Shown here: piece by piece, positions 18,416 through 28,146 of the stretch | Layout of the letters: each line of letters begins with the position of its first letter | Numbering within the stretch: position 1 is the first letter of the stretch | Source: Candidatus Ratteibacteria bacterium | GTDB taxonomy: Bacteria; Ratteibacteria; UBA8468; B48-G9; DTJG01 | Assembly (NCBI GenBank): GCA_041656495.1 | Contig: JBBADJ010000001.1 | Span: 2,388-66,387, forward strand | DNA length: 64,000 bases | Direction of reading: 5' to 3' | Program-made: the position numbers and the translations under genes | Notes under the pieces: generated by a model | What the model saw: only the letters and a program-made list of their open reading frames with translations | What the model was told of the DNA's origin: nothing | Databases searched by the model: none

Positions 18416-18898
18416 TTATTCAACAATCACCAATTTACGGGTACCAGCCACATTTTGAAACTCATAAGGACTAAGTTCATAGTACCCGCCTATAGAAAAA
18501 GTTCCCACCGGCAACGTTCGATCTTCGCCGAGCCACATTCGTATTCCGACAAACCCATTCGCAGCAACCTTCACTTTCCATGCCGCTGCCTTTGCAGGAA
18601 GCCTGTATTTTCCAACTTCTCTTTTTTCACAATGCACAGTCAGAACAACTTTACTGAAATCAAATTCAATCTCGTGATCTGAAGTATTTTCAAGCCGGAT
18701 CACTATCTCAGGTTGTGTCCCCACCTTAACAGACGGGTTACTTGGCTCGATATACAGCAAAAAGGAACCATAAGGAATGCCCCTTTGGTACTCTCCAAGG
18801 ACACTTCCAACCTTGACATCCATTGGCACTGCACCTGCCTGATTTATTACTGCCATTACAATCGCGGTGATGGAGAGAACTATCTTTATCTTCTGCAT
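18416..18898 (-). CDS. Small secreted hypothetical protein (beta-rich)
   Basis: 160-aa ORF with signal peptide MQKIKIVLSITAIVMAVINQAGA. No recognised family. Confidence 0.6.
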   Translation of the reverse strand: MQKIKIVLSITAIVMAVINQAGAVPMDVKVGSVLGEYQRGIPYGSFLLYIEPSNPSVKVGTQPEIVIRLENTSDHEIEFDFSKVVLTVHCEKREVGKYRLPAKAAAWKVKVAANGFVGIRMWLGEDRTLPVGTFSIGGYYELSPYEFQNVAGTRKLVIVE

Positions 18899-18914
18899 AT
18901 CCTCCTCCTTTTGT

Positions 18915-20201
18915 TCAGTATTGCCCTGCCTCTGAATCTATCTCCAGATGTGTACTGTCAATCTTTCTTCCATTGTGCCTCCACAGGTTATTTTCAATAT
19001 TACCGATATTGAAAATTTTTAGTCGCTGGTTCCATTTGTACCGATGCCCCTCCTCCAAGGTTCCTGACGTCCAAGTAAACCATACATGGTCTTGGAAATG
19101 CTCATAGGAATGTGGTCCTGCCGTCGGAGTAGGCGACGGATAATGGCCTCCGATTCCATCGTCGTTTTCAACCATTGTAATATCCTCACTCGTATAATAT
19201 CCAAGTATGTTGAAAACACGTAATTGCACATCATACACAAGGTATCTTCTTGCTTCATAATCACCGTATAAATCCCCATTGGGAAAGGGAATGACATCCC
19301 AACAATCATCATAAACGAATCGTTTTGGTTTATGGATCTTAATTAGCAAATCTGCAATGCTTACACCACTTGGTGTATCCGTTACCATGAAAGTACTATC
19401 ACTTGTACCATCACCCTTGCCTGTTACCGTAACCGTCTTTGTAGATTGTTCACTACTTGTAGGAGTGATTTCAACCTGAGAATTACTCACAGAAAAATAG
19501 AGTGTAATATCGGTAGGAATTGTAGGATAGACCGCCACATCAAATTCTGATGTTTCTCCAGCATACTCTGTATTGACATTACCATCCGTTCCTACATTTG
19601 TATCACTGATTTGTTCCGCAGTGCCTTTCTTGTAAAACAAAATTTTCCACACCACCGCTTTTCCTGAATCGCAACCAATATCAGCGGACTTTCCCTTCCC
19701 TGTCACGATATGATCGTCACCGCGTTTGCTGGAACAGGTCAGGGTTACGGTCGCAAGACCGGTATTGTCCGTCGTGGACTGTGTCGCCGACAACGTGCCG
19801 GTTCCCTGGTTGGCAGGGTTCGGATCTTTCAATGCCCAAAATACCGTCACGGCGCTGTTGGTAATCGGCGTCTGCCACTGTAAACTCTTGAGTTGATTGT
19901 TCCCGGATTCTTCTCCTTCGTTCAAGGTTACGCCCACATCACCTCCATCGGGTATTTTCACTTCCCACAAAATACTTCCCTGTTCGTACTTGTACCCGTC
20001 GGTCGCGAATACATATCCTCCTTCCACTTTGACCACACCGATATTCACATAAAAACGGTATCGCGCTCCATTCGCCATCACGTTCACGGAAACATTCGAT
20101 TTCGGCGATAATGCGTGCATCTTGTGTACCAACACCAGCGCATTACTCCGACACACCAATGTGAAATAGAGTAGCCCGAGGATCACCCATTGTTTCCTCA
20201 C
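18915..20201 (-). CDS. Secreted protein with bacterial Ig-like (Big) repeats
   Basis: The track ORF extends to 20309. However, the GTG at 20201 is preceded by AAAGGGGG and overlaps the stop of the upstream gene (GTGA), and it yields a signal-peptide-like N-terminus (V)RKQWVILGLLYFTLVCRSNA. TDNTGLATVTLTCSS and TKTVTVTGKGDGTSD segments look Ig-like. Confidence 0.6.
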   Translation of the reverse strand: MRKQWVILGLLYFTLVCRSNALVLVHKMHALSPKSNVSVNVMANGARYRFYVNIGVVKVEGGYVFATDGYKYEQGSILWEVKIPDGGDVGVTLNEGEESGNNQLKSLQWQTPITNSAVTVFWALKDPNPANQGTGTLSATQSTTDNTGLATVTLTCSSKRGDDHIVTGKGKSADIGCDSGKAVVWKILFYKKGTAEQISDTNVGTDGNVNTEYAGETSEFDVAVYPTIPTDITLYFSVSNSQVEITPTSSEQSTKTVTVTGKGDGTSDSTFMVTDTPSGVSIADLLIKIHKPKRFVYDDCWDVIPFPNGDLYGDYEARRYLVYDVQLRVFNILGYYTSEDITMVENDDGIGGHYPSPTPTAGPHSYEHFQDHVWFTWTSGTLEEGHRYKWNQRLKIFNIGNIENNLWRHNGRKIDSTHLEIDSEAGQY

Positions 20202-20731
20202 TTCGCCCCCTTTATTGTACCAGACTTTTTCGGTGAATCGTTTTTTTGTTGGTGTGCGAGTTGAGTTAGCTGGTGGATGGATCGTTCTGCAAGTTCCAAC
20301 ATGGGCCATTGCTGTTTGACGAGAAGAAACTCTTTTTTTGCCAGATCGGTCTTCTCTTGCTGGAGATAAATTGTTCCCAACCAGAAATGGGCATAGGGCA
20401 CAAGGTTATCATCAGGGTTTTTCTCAATCAGTTTCCGGTATGCTTCTATCGCTTTCTCCGGTTCGCCGAGCCCCTGCCAGCAGTAAATACCGATCCGTTC
20501 GAACGCGTCGGGCGCCCAACTGCTCTGCGGATACCGGTGGATCACCTTCAGTAACTCTTCGACTGCCGTTGCATAGTCCGCCCAGATTACATCAACAAAA
20601 AAAGTAATAGAGGGAAAGAGAAGAAGAAAGAGAGAATAATACGAGAAGGAAGGAAGAATAATTTCTCTGCGACAAAGCCCTGCAAGAGCTTTATTCAGCG
20701 GACTTTGTTTCCATGGCGCCGCACCGTTCAT
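20198..20731 (-). CDS. Membrane-anchored tetratricopeptide-repeat protein (YbgF/BamD-like TPR)
   Basis: TM segment FSYYSLFLLLFPSITFFVDVIW, then TPR-like AIEAYRKLIEKNPDDNLVPYAHFWLGTIYLQQEKTDLAKKEF. The start is uncertain: the ORF overlaps the upstream gene by 41 nt. Confidence 0.6.
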   Translation of the reverse strand: MNGAAPWKQSPLNKALAGLCRREIILPSFSYYSLFLLLFPSITFFVDVIWADYATAVEELLKVIHRYPQSSWAPDAFERIGIYCWQGLGEPEKAIEAYRKLIEKNPDDNLVPYAHFWLGTIYLQQEKTDLAKKEFLLVKQQWPMLELAERSIHQLTQLAHQQKNDSPKKSGTIKGAK

Positions 20732-22031
20732 TAAAAAAAGATTTCATTTCAGTTACTGCTTTTTTTGATCCCTGCAATATAATAGAGACTGTTCCTCTGC
20801 TTAAGGCTTCCCGGATATCGGGAATCGCCATTGCCATATCAAGAGGACTTTTTATTTCATATTTCTTCCGATTATAGTAAAGAAAAGAGGCAATCCGATA
20901 CTTTTCCGCAATCCGAGTAACCGGCATAATAGGTCTGAGATGGAAATCCTCAAGATGGTAGTGGGGAATTGTTAAACGAACAGTTTCAAGAAGGTATTCG
21001 TCGGGATCTGACTCCAAAGATATGAACATTTGTTCTGAAAGGGCGCGACCTGTATCAAAAAAGGTTTTTGCGTCTATAAAAAGGATGTGGTGAACATATT
21101 CCACAATACGTGTAAAGGAAATTTTGCGAAGGCGGGGACGATCTACTGCAAATGCGGTAATCTTTTCTGCATGGCGTTCGTAAAAATGAAGAAGAAATTT
21201 TCCGATTTCGCATAGATGTAAACTGATAGAAATAGATCCCCGCAAAGTTACAAGTTCAGGATGTTCTTTTTCCGCATCGCTATTTTTTAGATAGGTATCA
21301 TAGAGAGATTGCAAACGATGGATAGAGGAACGAAAACTTTCTATTGTCTCTTCAGTCAGCTTTTCAGAGGCTTCGCGCTTTTTTTCCTTTATTTCCGCAT
21401 AGAAAAGGAGAAAAGACTCCCTGACTTCAAGAAACTTCATCATAAGATCTACCATCCGTTCTTCTTTTTCGGTAATCACCTTCTGGTCAAGATCCGAAGG
21501 AAGAATTTTTCGTAATGGCAGGGTTTTTGTCATAGAAGAGATTGCCCGAGGTTTTTTATTCGGCATAATGCCAATATTGTGGGATTCTTCAAGGATCTCT
21601 TGTCCAATCAGGCGCATCATACGAGAAAAATAGGAGAGTTTCTTAGCCGAACTTTCAAGGAATGCTTTTCTTTCTTCTTTAGAAAGGGGAATACGGTAAT
21701 AATCAAATCGGGTCCTAATGTGATGATACTGGAAGAGAGTCTGCGCAAGCCATCGGGTAGAAGCAACCAACTGGCCATAATATACAAACCTCTTATTATT
21801 GCGGGCTCCGAAATCATCAAGAAAACTTTCAATATAATCGCTTTCTTTTCCTAAATTAAAGAAAAAATCGCGTTCAAATTTTTTCCTTGAAGGAAGCCAA
21901 AAAGCAAGAAGGAGAAGGAATTGTGACGAAACCTCCGCAAGACCTGGAAGAAAAGATTCTTCAATCTCACGGGGAGTCATAATTTCTTCAAGGGGTCTAT
22001 CCGATCTTTTCAGTCTTGCTTTTTTTGGCAT
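20691..22031 (-). CDS. 446-aa hypothetical protein with a C-terminal HPr-like phosphocarrier domain
   Basis: The C-terminal ~85 aa align by eye with HPr. DFHLRPIMPVTRIAEKY corresponds to GLHTRPAAQFVKEAK (His15/Arg17 kept). YEIKSPLDMAM corresponds to SAKSLFKLQ (Ser46 kept). GTVSIILQGS..KKAVTEM corresponds to GTVVTISAEG..QKAVEHL. The N-terminal ~350 aa are helical and unrecognised. Confidence 0.55.
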   Translation of the reverse strand: MPKKARLKRSDRPLEEIMTPREIEESFLPGLAEVSSQFLLLLAFWLPSRKKFERDFFFNLGKESDYIESFLDDFGARNNKRFVYYGQLVASTRWLAQTLFQYHHIRTRFDYYRIPLSKEERKAFLESSAKKLSYFSRMMRLIGQEILEESHNIGIMPNKKPRAISSMTKTLPLRKILPSDLDQKVITEKEERMVDLMMKFLEVRESFLLFYAEIKEKKREASEKLTEETIESFRSSIHRLQSLYDTYLKNSDAEKEHPELVTLRGSISISLHLCEIGKFLLHFYERHAEKITAFAVDRPRLRKISFTRIVEYVHHILFIDAKTFFDTGRALSEQMFISLESDPDEYLLETVRLTIPHYHLEDFHLRPIMPVTRIAEKYRIASFLYYNRKKYEIKSPLDMAMAIPDIREALSRGTVSIILQGSKKAVTEMKSFFNERCGAMETKSAE

Positions 22032-22095
22032 GGCCTCACCGATATTCCATAAAGGGAAAGAGTACTATGAGCTATCAGAGATTTAATGTTTCCGG

Positions 22096-22168
22096 TGGAG
22101 ATAACCGGAGTCGAACCGGTAACCTTCCGCGTGCAAGGCGGACGCTCTCCCAATTGAGCTATATCCCC
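22096..22168 (-). tRNA. tRNA-Ala (anticodon UGC)
   Basis: The reverse strand reads GGGGATATAGCTCAATTGGGAGAGCGTCCGCCTTGCACGCGGAAGGTTACCGGTTCGACTCCGGTTATCTCCA. It folds as a cloverleaf with a G3:U70 Ala identity pair, anticodon loop CTTGCAC and a TTCGA T-loop. CCA is not encoded. Confidence 0.95.
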
Positions 22169-22311
22169 AATGAACAGGAATTATACTATATTATGGAAAA
22201 ATTGACAATAGACTGCTAGCCCCGTATACTACCATTTTCAAAGGCATTGCCTAAAGATTCTTCTCTGTATCTCTGGAAAACAGTCTGTTTTTCAATGGGG
22301 ATTAAGATTAT

Positions 22312-24039
22312 ATGGATACTCTGGTTGCACGCAGAATCGCAAAAGGAATTGCCTCCTTTGCCTTCTTTTGTCTGATTCCTATCATCACCTATAAGCCAGC
22401 ATACGATTATACCATGATCAAAGATGTGCTTGGCGCGCTCTTTGTTGCGGCAATCGGAATACTTATGTTTACCGACGAACGATCTTTTGAGAAACAGAAC
22501 GGAACTCTCTGGGTCGCGGCGGCATTCTTTGGTTGGATTCTTATTGGAGCCTGGTACGCTCCTATAGGTCATGGCGCTGGGATCGCCATGGAAAACTATC
22601 TTCTCTATCTTCTTCTTTTCTTAGTGGGAGTATTTTGGAAATGGGAACCAGAAGATATTCTTTTCTTCTCTTTTGGCGCAGTTGTTCCTGCCATCATCGC
22701 AATCGCACAGCGTTTTATTCTTCATCAGGACCCTGTTACCACATTCGGAAATAAAAATTTTTTCGCGGGATTCCTTCTTATGCCTCTCTTTCTTCCCTTT
22801 CTATTCTGGAAACGTAAATGGCGTGTCTATAGCATACTCTTCGGTATTTTCGCTTTTTTAGGACTTATCGCCGCTAATTCTCAAGCATCAATCATTGCGT
22901 TTTTGGCAGGACTTATTATTGCCCTCTACCTCTATATTGACTGGGAAAATCCCGCTGTTATAAGAAAAAGGTTTATTGTCGGCACAGCGGCAGTTACCGC
23001 AATCATCACACCCTTTATTATCAAAAGCATTTCCACGGATATCCGTCTCTTTATCTGGAAAGGAACCCTTAAACTTATCCACGCCCGACCATTCACAGGA
23101 TGGGGAACTGGAAATTTTCTCTTTTTTTATCCCTACTACAGGTTTCGTCCCTATTTCCTCAGACCCGAAGCCACTCCTATCACGCTTCATCCCCATTGCC
23201 ACTACCTCTCTATTCTCTCAGAAAATGGTCTTATTGGGTTTCTTCTTTTTGCACTCCTTCTTACCATTCTCCTCATAAAAGGCTTCCGAGAAAGAAAGAG
23301 CTCTTCAAAACCAATGATATTTCTTCTTCCTGCTATCATTGCTCTTCTTCTTGATAACATTCTTTCTACAAACTTTTCTAATACTTCCACTTCAATGTAT
23401 TTCTGGTTTCTTCTCGGAACTCTTGCTGCCGCACTGCCACAAAGATCCTCTGAAACAGTAGAGAAAGAGAAGATTCGTCCCTTAATGCCTATCTTTGATA
23501 AGAAACTTTTTACCATGCTTATCGCTATTGCGGGACTCTTTTTAGGTGGGTGGAAATGGATTTATAGAATTATCCCGGAGATATATCTACGCGATGCTAT
23601 TGCCTGGCGAGAACAGAATAATTTTTCTAATGCGGTAAAAAATTATAACAAAGTCTCTGAGATCAATCCCTACCACTACGTTGCCCTTTATAAACTTGGA
23701 TATGTCTATGGACAAATGGGAGATTTCAAAAAAGCTCTTGAAACATATCAGGATCTAAAAAAGAATGTCTTCCCGCATTTCGCGAAGATAGATTCCAATA
23801 TAGCATCTCTTTATTTAAGTTTAGGAGAGGTTGCACAGGCAAAATATTATTTTGGTGTCGCACATTGGTTTAATCCCTACGATGAAGATGTCCTCTGTTC
23901 TCTTGCTTCAATCGCGCTCATTTATCAGAAAGATCCTAAAGTTGCCGCCCACTATCTCCGCGAAGTACTTGCCTTTAATCCCTATAATCGTTATGCCAAT
24001 TCAGTACTGCAAGATATTGAAAGTAAAGAGAAAAAATAA
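22312..24039 (+). CDS. O-antigen ligase/Wzy_C-family polytopic membrane protein fused to C-terminal TPR repeats
   Basis: More than 10 TM segments, a large loop with ARPFTGWGTGNF, then cytoplasmic or periplasmic TPRs (YKLGYVYGQMGDFKKALETYQD...). Confidence 0.7.
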   Translation: MDTLVARRIAKGIASFAFFCLIPIITYKPAYDYTMIKDVLGALFVAAIGILMFTDERSFEKQNGTLWVAAAFFGWILIGAWYAPIGHGAGIAMENYLLYLLLFLVGVFWKWEPEDILFFSFGAVVPAIIAIAQRFILHQDPVTTFGNKNFFAGFLLMPLFLPFLFWKRKWRVYSILFGIFAFLGLIAANSQASIIAFLAGLIIALYLYIDWENPAVIRKRFIVGTAAVTAIITPFIIKSISTDIRLFIWKGTLKLIHARPFTGWGTGNFLFFYPYYRFRPYFLRPEATPITLHPHCHYLSILSENGLIGFLLFALLLTILLIKGFRERKSSSKPMIFLLPAIIALLLDNILSTNFSNTSTSMYFWFLLGTLAAALPQRSSETVEKEKIRPLMPIFDKKLFTMLIAIAGLFLGGWKWIYRIIPEIYLRDAIAWREQNNFSNAVKNYNKVSEINPYHYVALYKLGYVYGQMGDFKKALETYQDLKKNVFPHFAKIDSNIASLYLSLGEVAQAKYYFGVAHWFNPYDEDVLCSLASIALIYQKDPKVAAHYLREVLAFNPYNRYANSVLQDIESKEKK

Positions 24040-24273
24040 GAGAATAAGATCCTGGAAGGTATTTTATGGAAAAAAAGGTATGATACAAACGATATCTTCT
24101 ACTTTCATTGGTTCAAAGAATGAAAAAGATATCAACGCGGATTTAATCAGTACGCGATAGCAATAGGAAAAACCTGCTTTATACAATCATTCCAAACTAT
24201 TAGAGAAGGAATCAAGGTATAATCTTCCTAAGAAATAAAGCGGAATCAGAGAATGATCTTCTGAAAAAAAATA

Positions 24274-24302
24274 TTGACATTGAGAAGGAAAACAGGTATG
24301 AT
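24274..24302 (+). promoter_or_regulatory. Sigma70 promoter upstream of rpmB (TTGACA-N17-TATGAT)
   Basis: atatTTGACAttgagaaggaaaacaggTATGATgc, about 95 nt upstream of the rpmB ATG. Confidence 0.65.
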
Positions 24303-24397
24303 GCAAGCTGTTCAACTATAAAGCAAGGAAGGGAAGATATTAGTTTTCATTAAAATATGTAAGTGTTTCAGTTTTTCTTATAGCACGGGAGAATCAG

Positions 24398-24601
24398 ATG
24401 AAGTGTGAAATTTGCGGTAAAAGCCCTAAAACAGGCAACAAGGTAAGTCATTCAAACAGAAAAACGAGAAGAACCTGGAAACCGAATGTGCAACGATTAA
24501 GAGTTGAAAAAGAGGGAAAAGTTCAACGTATAGCAATCTGTACACAATGTCTTAAATCTCAACCTATTACACGTCCTGTTCACTCAACTCCCGCGGAATA
24601 A
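24398..24601 (+). CDS. rpmB: 50S ribosomal protein L28
   Basis: MKCEICGKSPKTGNKVSHSNRKTRRTWKPNVQ...: the L28 signature. Confidence 0.93.
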   Translation: MKCEICGKSPKTGNKVSHSNRKTRRTWKPNVQRLRVEKEGKVQRIAICTQCLKSQPITRPVHSTPAE

Positions 24602-26205
24602 TCTCGCACAAGAAGCTGTACGGTAAAGAGGCCGTCGCCGAGAGACCGTGTTCTTGGGGTATAGACAAGTTTTGAAATTACAGAAGGAACCGGACGAGAC
24701 CGATCGGGAAATAAAGCCTCAAAAAGTGAGCTTTTTTTATTCTGCCGAACCCATCCCACCGAACATCCGGAAACAGTACGGTCAGTGGCATTCACACTAA
24801 CAGGACCAGCGGTAAAAAGCATCTCGGGATTTCCGGAACCAAAAGGTTTTAGCATTTCAAATTCATGTAAAAAATCTGTATCTAAATCCTCAAGAGATAG
24901 ATCCCAAGGGTCTGGCTCAGGAAGAGGAGAGAAAAAAGAACCTTCAAGGGAATCCCAAAGTTCTTCCAATTCCACTTTTTTTTCCTGTTTCAACTTAAAT
25001 CCCACGGCATTCCGATGACCTCCAAACGAGAGGAAGATATCGCGATTTGAAGAAAAATGAGCAAAAAGATCCACCAAACCATGTCCCCGTGCAGAACCCT
25101 GAAAAGAGTCGCCATCGGGAATAATAGCTGCTGCGGGAAGTTTTGCCCGATCACTTAGCCGCGCCGCAATGGTTCCCGAAAAAGAGACCGGTATTCCTTC
25201 CACATACGCCAAAGGCGGCTTCCCCCGATAATCTATCCGTTCTGCCGCCGCGGTAGCTTTTTTTAAAAGACGAGATTTCTCTTTTTCTAAACGTTCAATG
25301 GTTTTAATGTATTCGCTTCCATCTTCGCCATCGTCAAGCATAAGCAATGAAAAGGAAGTTTCTGGATTTCCGAAGCGTCCCGGAGTATTTAATTTTGGAT
25401 TAAGAAAAAAGGTTACTGGTTCCACGGCATCAACATGGCTCGGAACATAAAAAGATTTCCGAAAAAGTCGTAACCCGGGAAGCGAAGGAAAACGGAGAGA
25501 ACGAAGACCATGTTTTACAATAATACGGTTATCTCCGGTAAGCGAGGAGTAATCGTTTAAGGTTCCCATGGCGGCAAGCTCAAGAAAAGCGCGGTCTTCC
25601 TTCTCTGCGGGCGCAGGCAAAAGTCCTTCAAGAGCACGCACAAAAAGAAATGAAAGTCCCGCGGAAGAAAGTTGTTTCATCCGGGAAGGAGCATGACCAG
25701 CGTGAGGATTAAGGGAAACTACCTTCTCGGGCAAGGGTTTGGAAGGAACATGATGGTCAACCAAGATAACAGGCAAAGAAATATCTTGACAGGTTTCAAG
25801 CGCTTCACACGAACTGGTGCCAGTATCTAAAAGAACCAAAAGACCAAATCCTTTCTGCTTCAAATTTTTTATATAGGAAGAATCAATTTCATAGGATTCC
25901 AACCGGCTGGTAAAACGAACATCAAAAAGGCTTCCGGCCCGTTGCAGAGATCGTGCAAGCATTGCCGCAGAAGAAATGCCGTCCACATCGCCATCCGCAT
26001 AAATACAGATGGGAATATTCCGAGACGAAGCATTCCTCAAAAGATAACAGGCCTCTTCCATAGCGGGAATTTCAAAGGGATCAGAAAGATCGGAAAGAGA
26101 AGCCCTGAGAAATCGCAATTCCTCAATTTCCGGGATTCCGCGTTCTCGTAAAATACGACGAAGAAACCTTGAAGGAGAGATCGTCTGTTCGGAAGGATTA
26201 CTCAT
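24580..26205 (-). CDS. recJ: Single-stranded-DNA-specific exonuclease RecJ (DHH/DHHA1)
   Basis: IYADGDVDGISSAAML, LDTGTSS, LVDHH, GGHRNAVGF. I place the start at the ATG at 26205 (MSNPSEQ). It overlaps the upstream stop by 8 nt. The track ORF extends to 26277. Confidence 0.88.
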   Translation of the reverse strand: MSNPSEQTISPSRFLRRILRERGIPEIEELRFLRASLSDLSDPFEIPAMEEACYLLRNASSRNIPICIYADGDVDGISSAAMLARSLQRAGSLFDVRFTSRLESYEIDSSYIKNLKQKGFGLLVLLDTGTSSCEALETCQDISLPVILVDHHVPSKPLPEKVVSLNPHAGHAPSRMKQLSSAGLSFLFVRALEGLLPAPAEKEDRAFLELAAMGTLNDYSSLTGDNRIIVKHGLRSLRFPSLPGLRLFRKSFYVPSHVDAVEPVTFFLNPKLNTPGRFGNPETSFSLLMLDDGEDGSEYIKTIERLEKEKSRLLKKATAAAERIDYRGKPPLAYVEGIPVSFSGTIAARLSDRAKLPAAAIIPDGDSFQGSARGHGLVDLFAHFSSNRDIFLSFGGHRNAVGFKLKQEKKVELEELWDSLEGSFFSPLPEPDPWDLSLEDLDTDFLHEFEMLKPFGSGNPEMLFTAGPVSVNATDRTVSGCSVGWVRQNKKSSLFEALFPDRSRPVPSVISKLVYTPRTRSLGDGLFTVQLLVRDYSAGVE

Positions 26206-26446
26206 TACGCAAATAGGTATGGATCTGTTCCACAGTAATTTCAGAGGGTTTCGGTCCATCAAAACGTTTTTTACCAATAATCAAAGCAGGAATCTTGGTA
26301 AATCCCTCATAGGTAAAGTCAGCAAGATTCGCCGCATCTGCCACATCAATAAAATCAAAGGGAATATTGAAATTTTCCAGCTTTTTTTTCCATCCCATAC
26401 AAAGACCACAATCCTCTTTACCATACAGAATCACTTTTTCAACCAT
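26198..26446 (-). CDS. Glutaredoxin/NrdH-like thioredoxin-fold protein
   Basis: 82 aa with [19 protein letters not shown] (CxxC) and IPALIIG. Confidence 0.7.
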   Translation of the reverse strand: MVEKVILYGKEDCGLCMGWKKKLENFNIPFDFIDVADAANLADFTYEGFTKIPALIIGKKRFDGPKPSEITVEQIHTYLRNE

Positions 26447-26918
26447 GGCTATCCTCCTTTGCCGCTGTTGAGGCGGATGTAGATAATGTTACCTCGACGC
26501 CTCCGTCCGCCAAAAGTCGTTGCGCCAGAAGATCGGGATACGATTCAGAGATAGTCACCTTCTTGATTCCCGCATTGATAATCATTTTAGCACATACAGA
26601 ACAGGGATGACATGTTACATACAATACGCTTCCCTGTATGGAAACACCATGATATGCCGCCTGAATAATTGCGTTCTGTTCCGCATGAAGTCCACGACAA
26701 AGTTCATGTTTTTCTCCAGAAGGAATCTTCTGTTGCTGACGTATGCATCCCACTTCTTCGCAATGAGCTACTCCAGTAGGTGCGCCGTTATATCCTGTTG
26801 CAAGAATCTGTTTATCCTTCACGATTAGCGCTCCCACCTTTCTCCGAAGACAGGTGGAACGTTCACTTACAAGCAATGCTATCGCGAGAAAATATTCGTC
26901 CCAGTCAGGTCGTTTCAT
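26439..26918 (-). CDS. dCMP (deoxycytidylate) deaminase
   Basis: [44 protein letters not shown] (zinc ligands). I prefer the start [10 protein letters not shown] at 26918; the track ORF starts at 26945. Confidence 0.88.
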   Translation of the reverse strand: MKRPDWDEYFLAIALLVSERSTCLRRKVGALIVKDKQILATGYNGAPTGVAHCEEVGCIRQQQKIPSGEKHELCRGLHAEQNAIIQAAYHGVSIQGSVLYVTCHPCSVCAKMIINAGIKKVTISESYPDLLAQRLLADGGVEVTLSTSASTAAKEDSHG

Positions 26919-28146
26919 CGGAATAGAGAGGGAAAGAGGAAGCAAATCGCGCTACCCGAGTATGTAATTGTTTTAATTTTTTTTCAGAATCTGAAGAAGC
27001 GAAAGCCTCCTCAATAAAAGAGGCGATCGTCGCCATATCCTCTTGTTGCATCCCCCGGGTGGTAACCGCGGGAGTTCCTAACCTAATTCCACTGGTAATC
27101 CCAGGAGGAAGCGGATCAAAAGGAATGGCATTTCGGTTGGTAACAATACCGGCTTTTTCAAGAAAGTCCTGCGCCTTATTACCAGTAATGGATTTGTTGC
27201 GAAGATCAATAAGTATAAGATGGTTTTCCGTTCCACCGGTTAGCAGAGAAAAACCCCGTAGCGCAAGTTCTTCGGAGAGTCGGCGCGCATTCAAAAGAAT
27301 CTTCTGTTGGTAGTGTTGAAAACTCTCTTTCTCCGCAAGATAAAATGCAACAGCCTTAGCGGCAATCACATGGAGAAGAGGGCCTCCCTGAATCCCGGGA
27401 AAAAGCGCTTTATCAACTTTCTCCGCATATTCGGCATTGCAAAGAAGAAAACCGCCGCGTGGTCCCCGCATTGTCTTATGGGTAGTGGAGGTAACAAAGT
27501 GCGCGCATCCAACCGGAGAAGGATGGAGTCCCGCGGCAATAAGACCGGCAATATGGGCAATATCCGCACATAAAAGGGCGCCTGTTTCTTTCGCAATTTC
27601 CGCAAAACGAGAAAAATCAATCTTACGGGGATAAGAACTCGCTCCGCACACAATCATCTGCGGGCGATGTTCTCGCGCAAGTTTCGCGATTTCATCATAA
27701 TCAAGAAGCCCGGTATCGCGGTTTACACTATAAAAAAGAGATTTATAAAACATTCCGGAAAAACTTACATGCGCTCCATGGGTCAGATGACCGCCACTGC
27801 TTAAATTCATCCCCATAAGGGTATCTCCGGGACGAATTGAAGAAAGATAGACCGCCATATTTGCCTGAGAACCAGAATGAGGCTGTACATTTGCATGATC
27901 AGCGCCAAATAAACACATTGCCCGCTCTCTCGCAAGAGATTCCACCTCATCCACAAAACCGCATCCTCCGTAATACCGTTTTTGGGGATAGCCTTCCGCA
28001 TATTTATTCGTAAGCAAGGAACCCACAGCCTCCCGAATAGCCCGACTTACATAATTCTCCGAAGCAATAAGATTGATAGTGCGGCGTTCGCGGGAAGATT
28101 CCCGACGAAGCAAGCCTGATATTTCAGAATCAACGTTGTGTAACAT
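26905..28146 (-). CDS. glyA: Serine hydroxymethyltransferase
   Basis: [37 protein letters not shown] and [14 protein letters not shown] (PLP Lys). I prefer the start at M14 (28146); the track ORF starts at 28185. Confidence 0.95.
   Translation of the reverse strand: MLHNVDSEISGLLRRESSRERRTINLIASENYVSRAIREAVGSLLTNKYAEGYPQKRYYGGCGFVDEVESLARERAMCLFGADHANVQPHSGSQANMAVYLSSIRPGDTLMGMNLSSGGHLTHGAHVSFSGMFYKSLFYSVNRDTGLLDYDEIAKLAREHRPQMIVCGASSYPRKIDFSRFAEIAKETGALLCADIAHIAGLIAAGLHPSPVGCAHFVTSTTHKTMRGPRGGFLLCNAEYAEKVDKALFPGIQGGPLLHVIAAKAVAFYLAEKESFQHYQQKILLNARRLSEELALRGFSLLTGGTENHLILIDLRNKSITGNKAQDFLEKAGIVTNRNAIPFDPLPPGITSGIRLGTPAVTTRGMQQEDMATIASFIEEAFASSDSEKKLKQLHTRVARFASSFPLYSDETT

Noticed and set aside
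20202-20309. N-terminal 36-aa extension of the Big-domain protein ORF
   Set aside because: The extension (MAHVGTCRTIHPPANSTRTPTKK...) overlaps the TPR gene by 112 nt. The internal GTG at 20201 has a strong RBS, a GTGA stop/start overlap and a signal-peptide-like N-terminus.
22016-22572. ORFs 22016-22219 (+) and 22216-22572 (-)
   Set aside because: The first is simply the complement of the tRNA-Ala gene. The second is antisense to the start of the Wzy_C-TPR gene.
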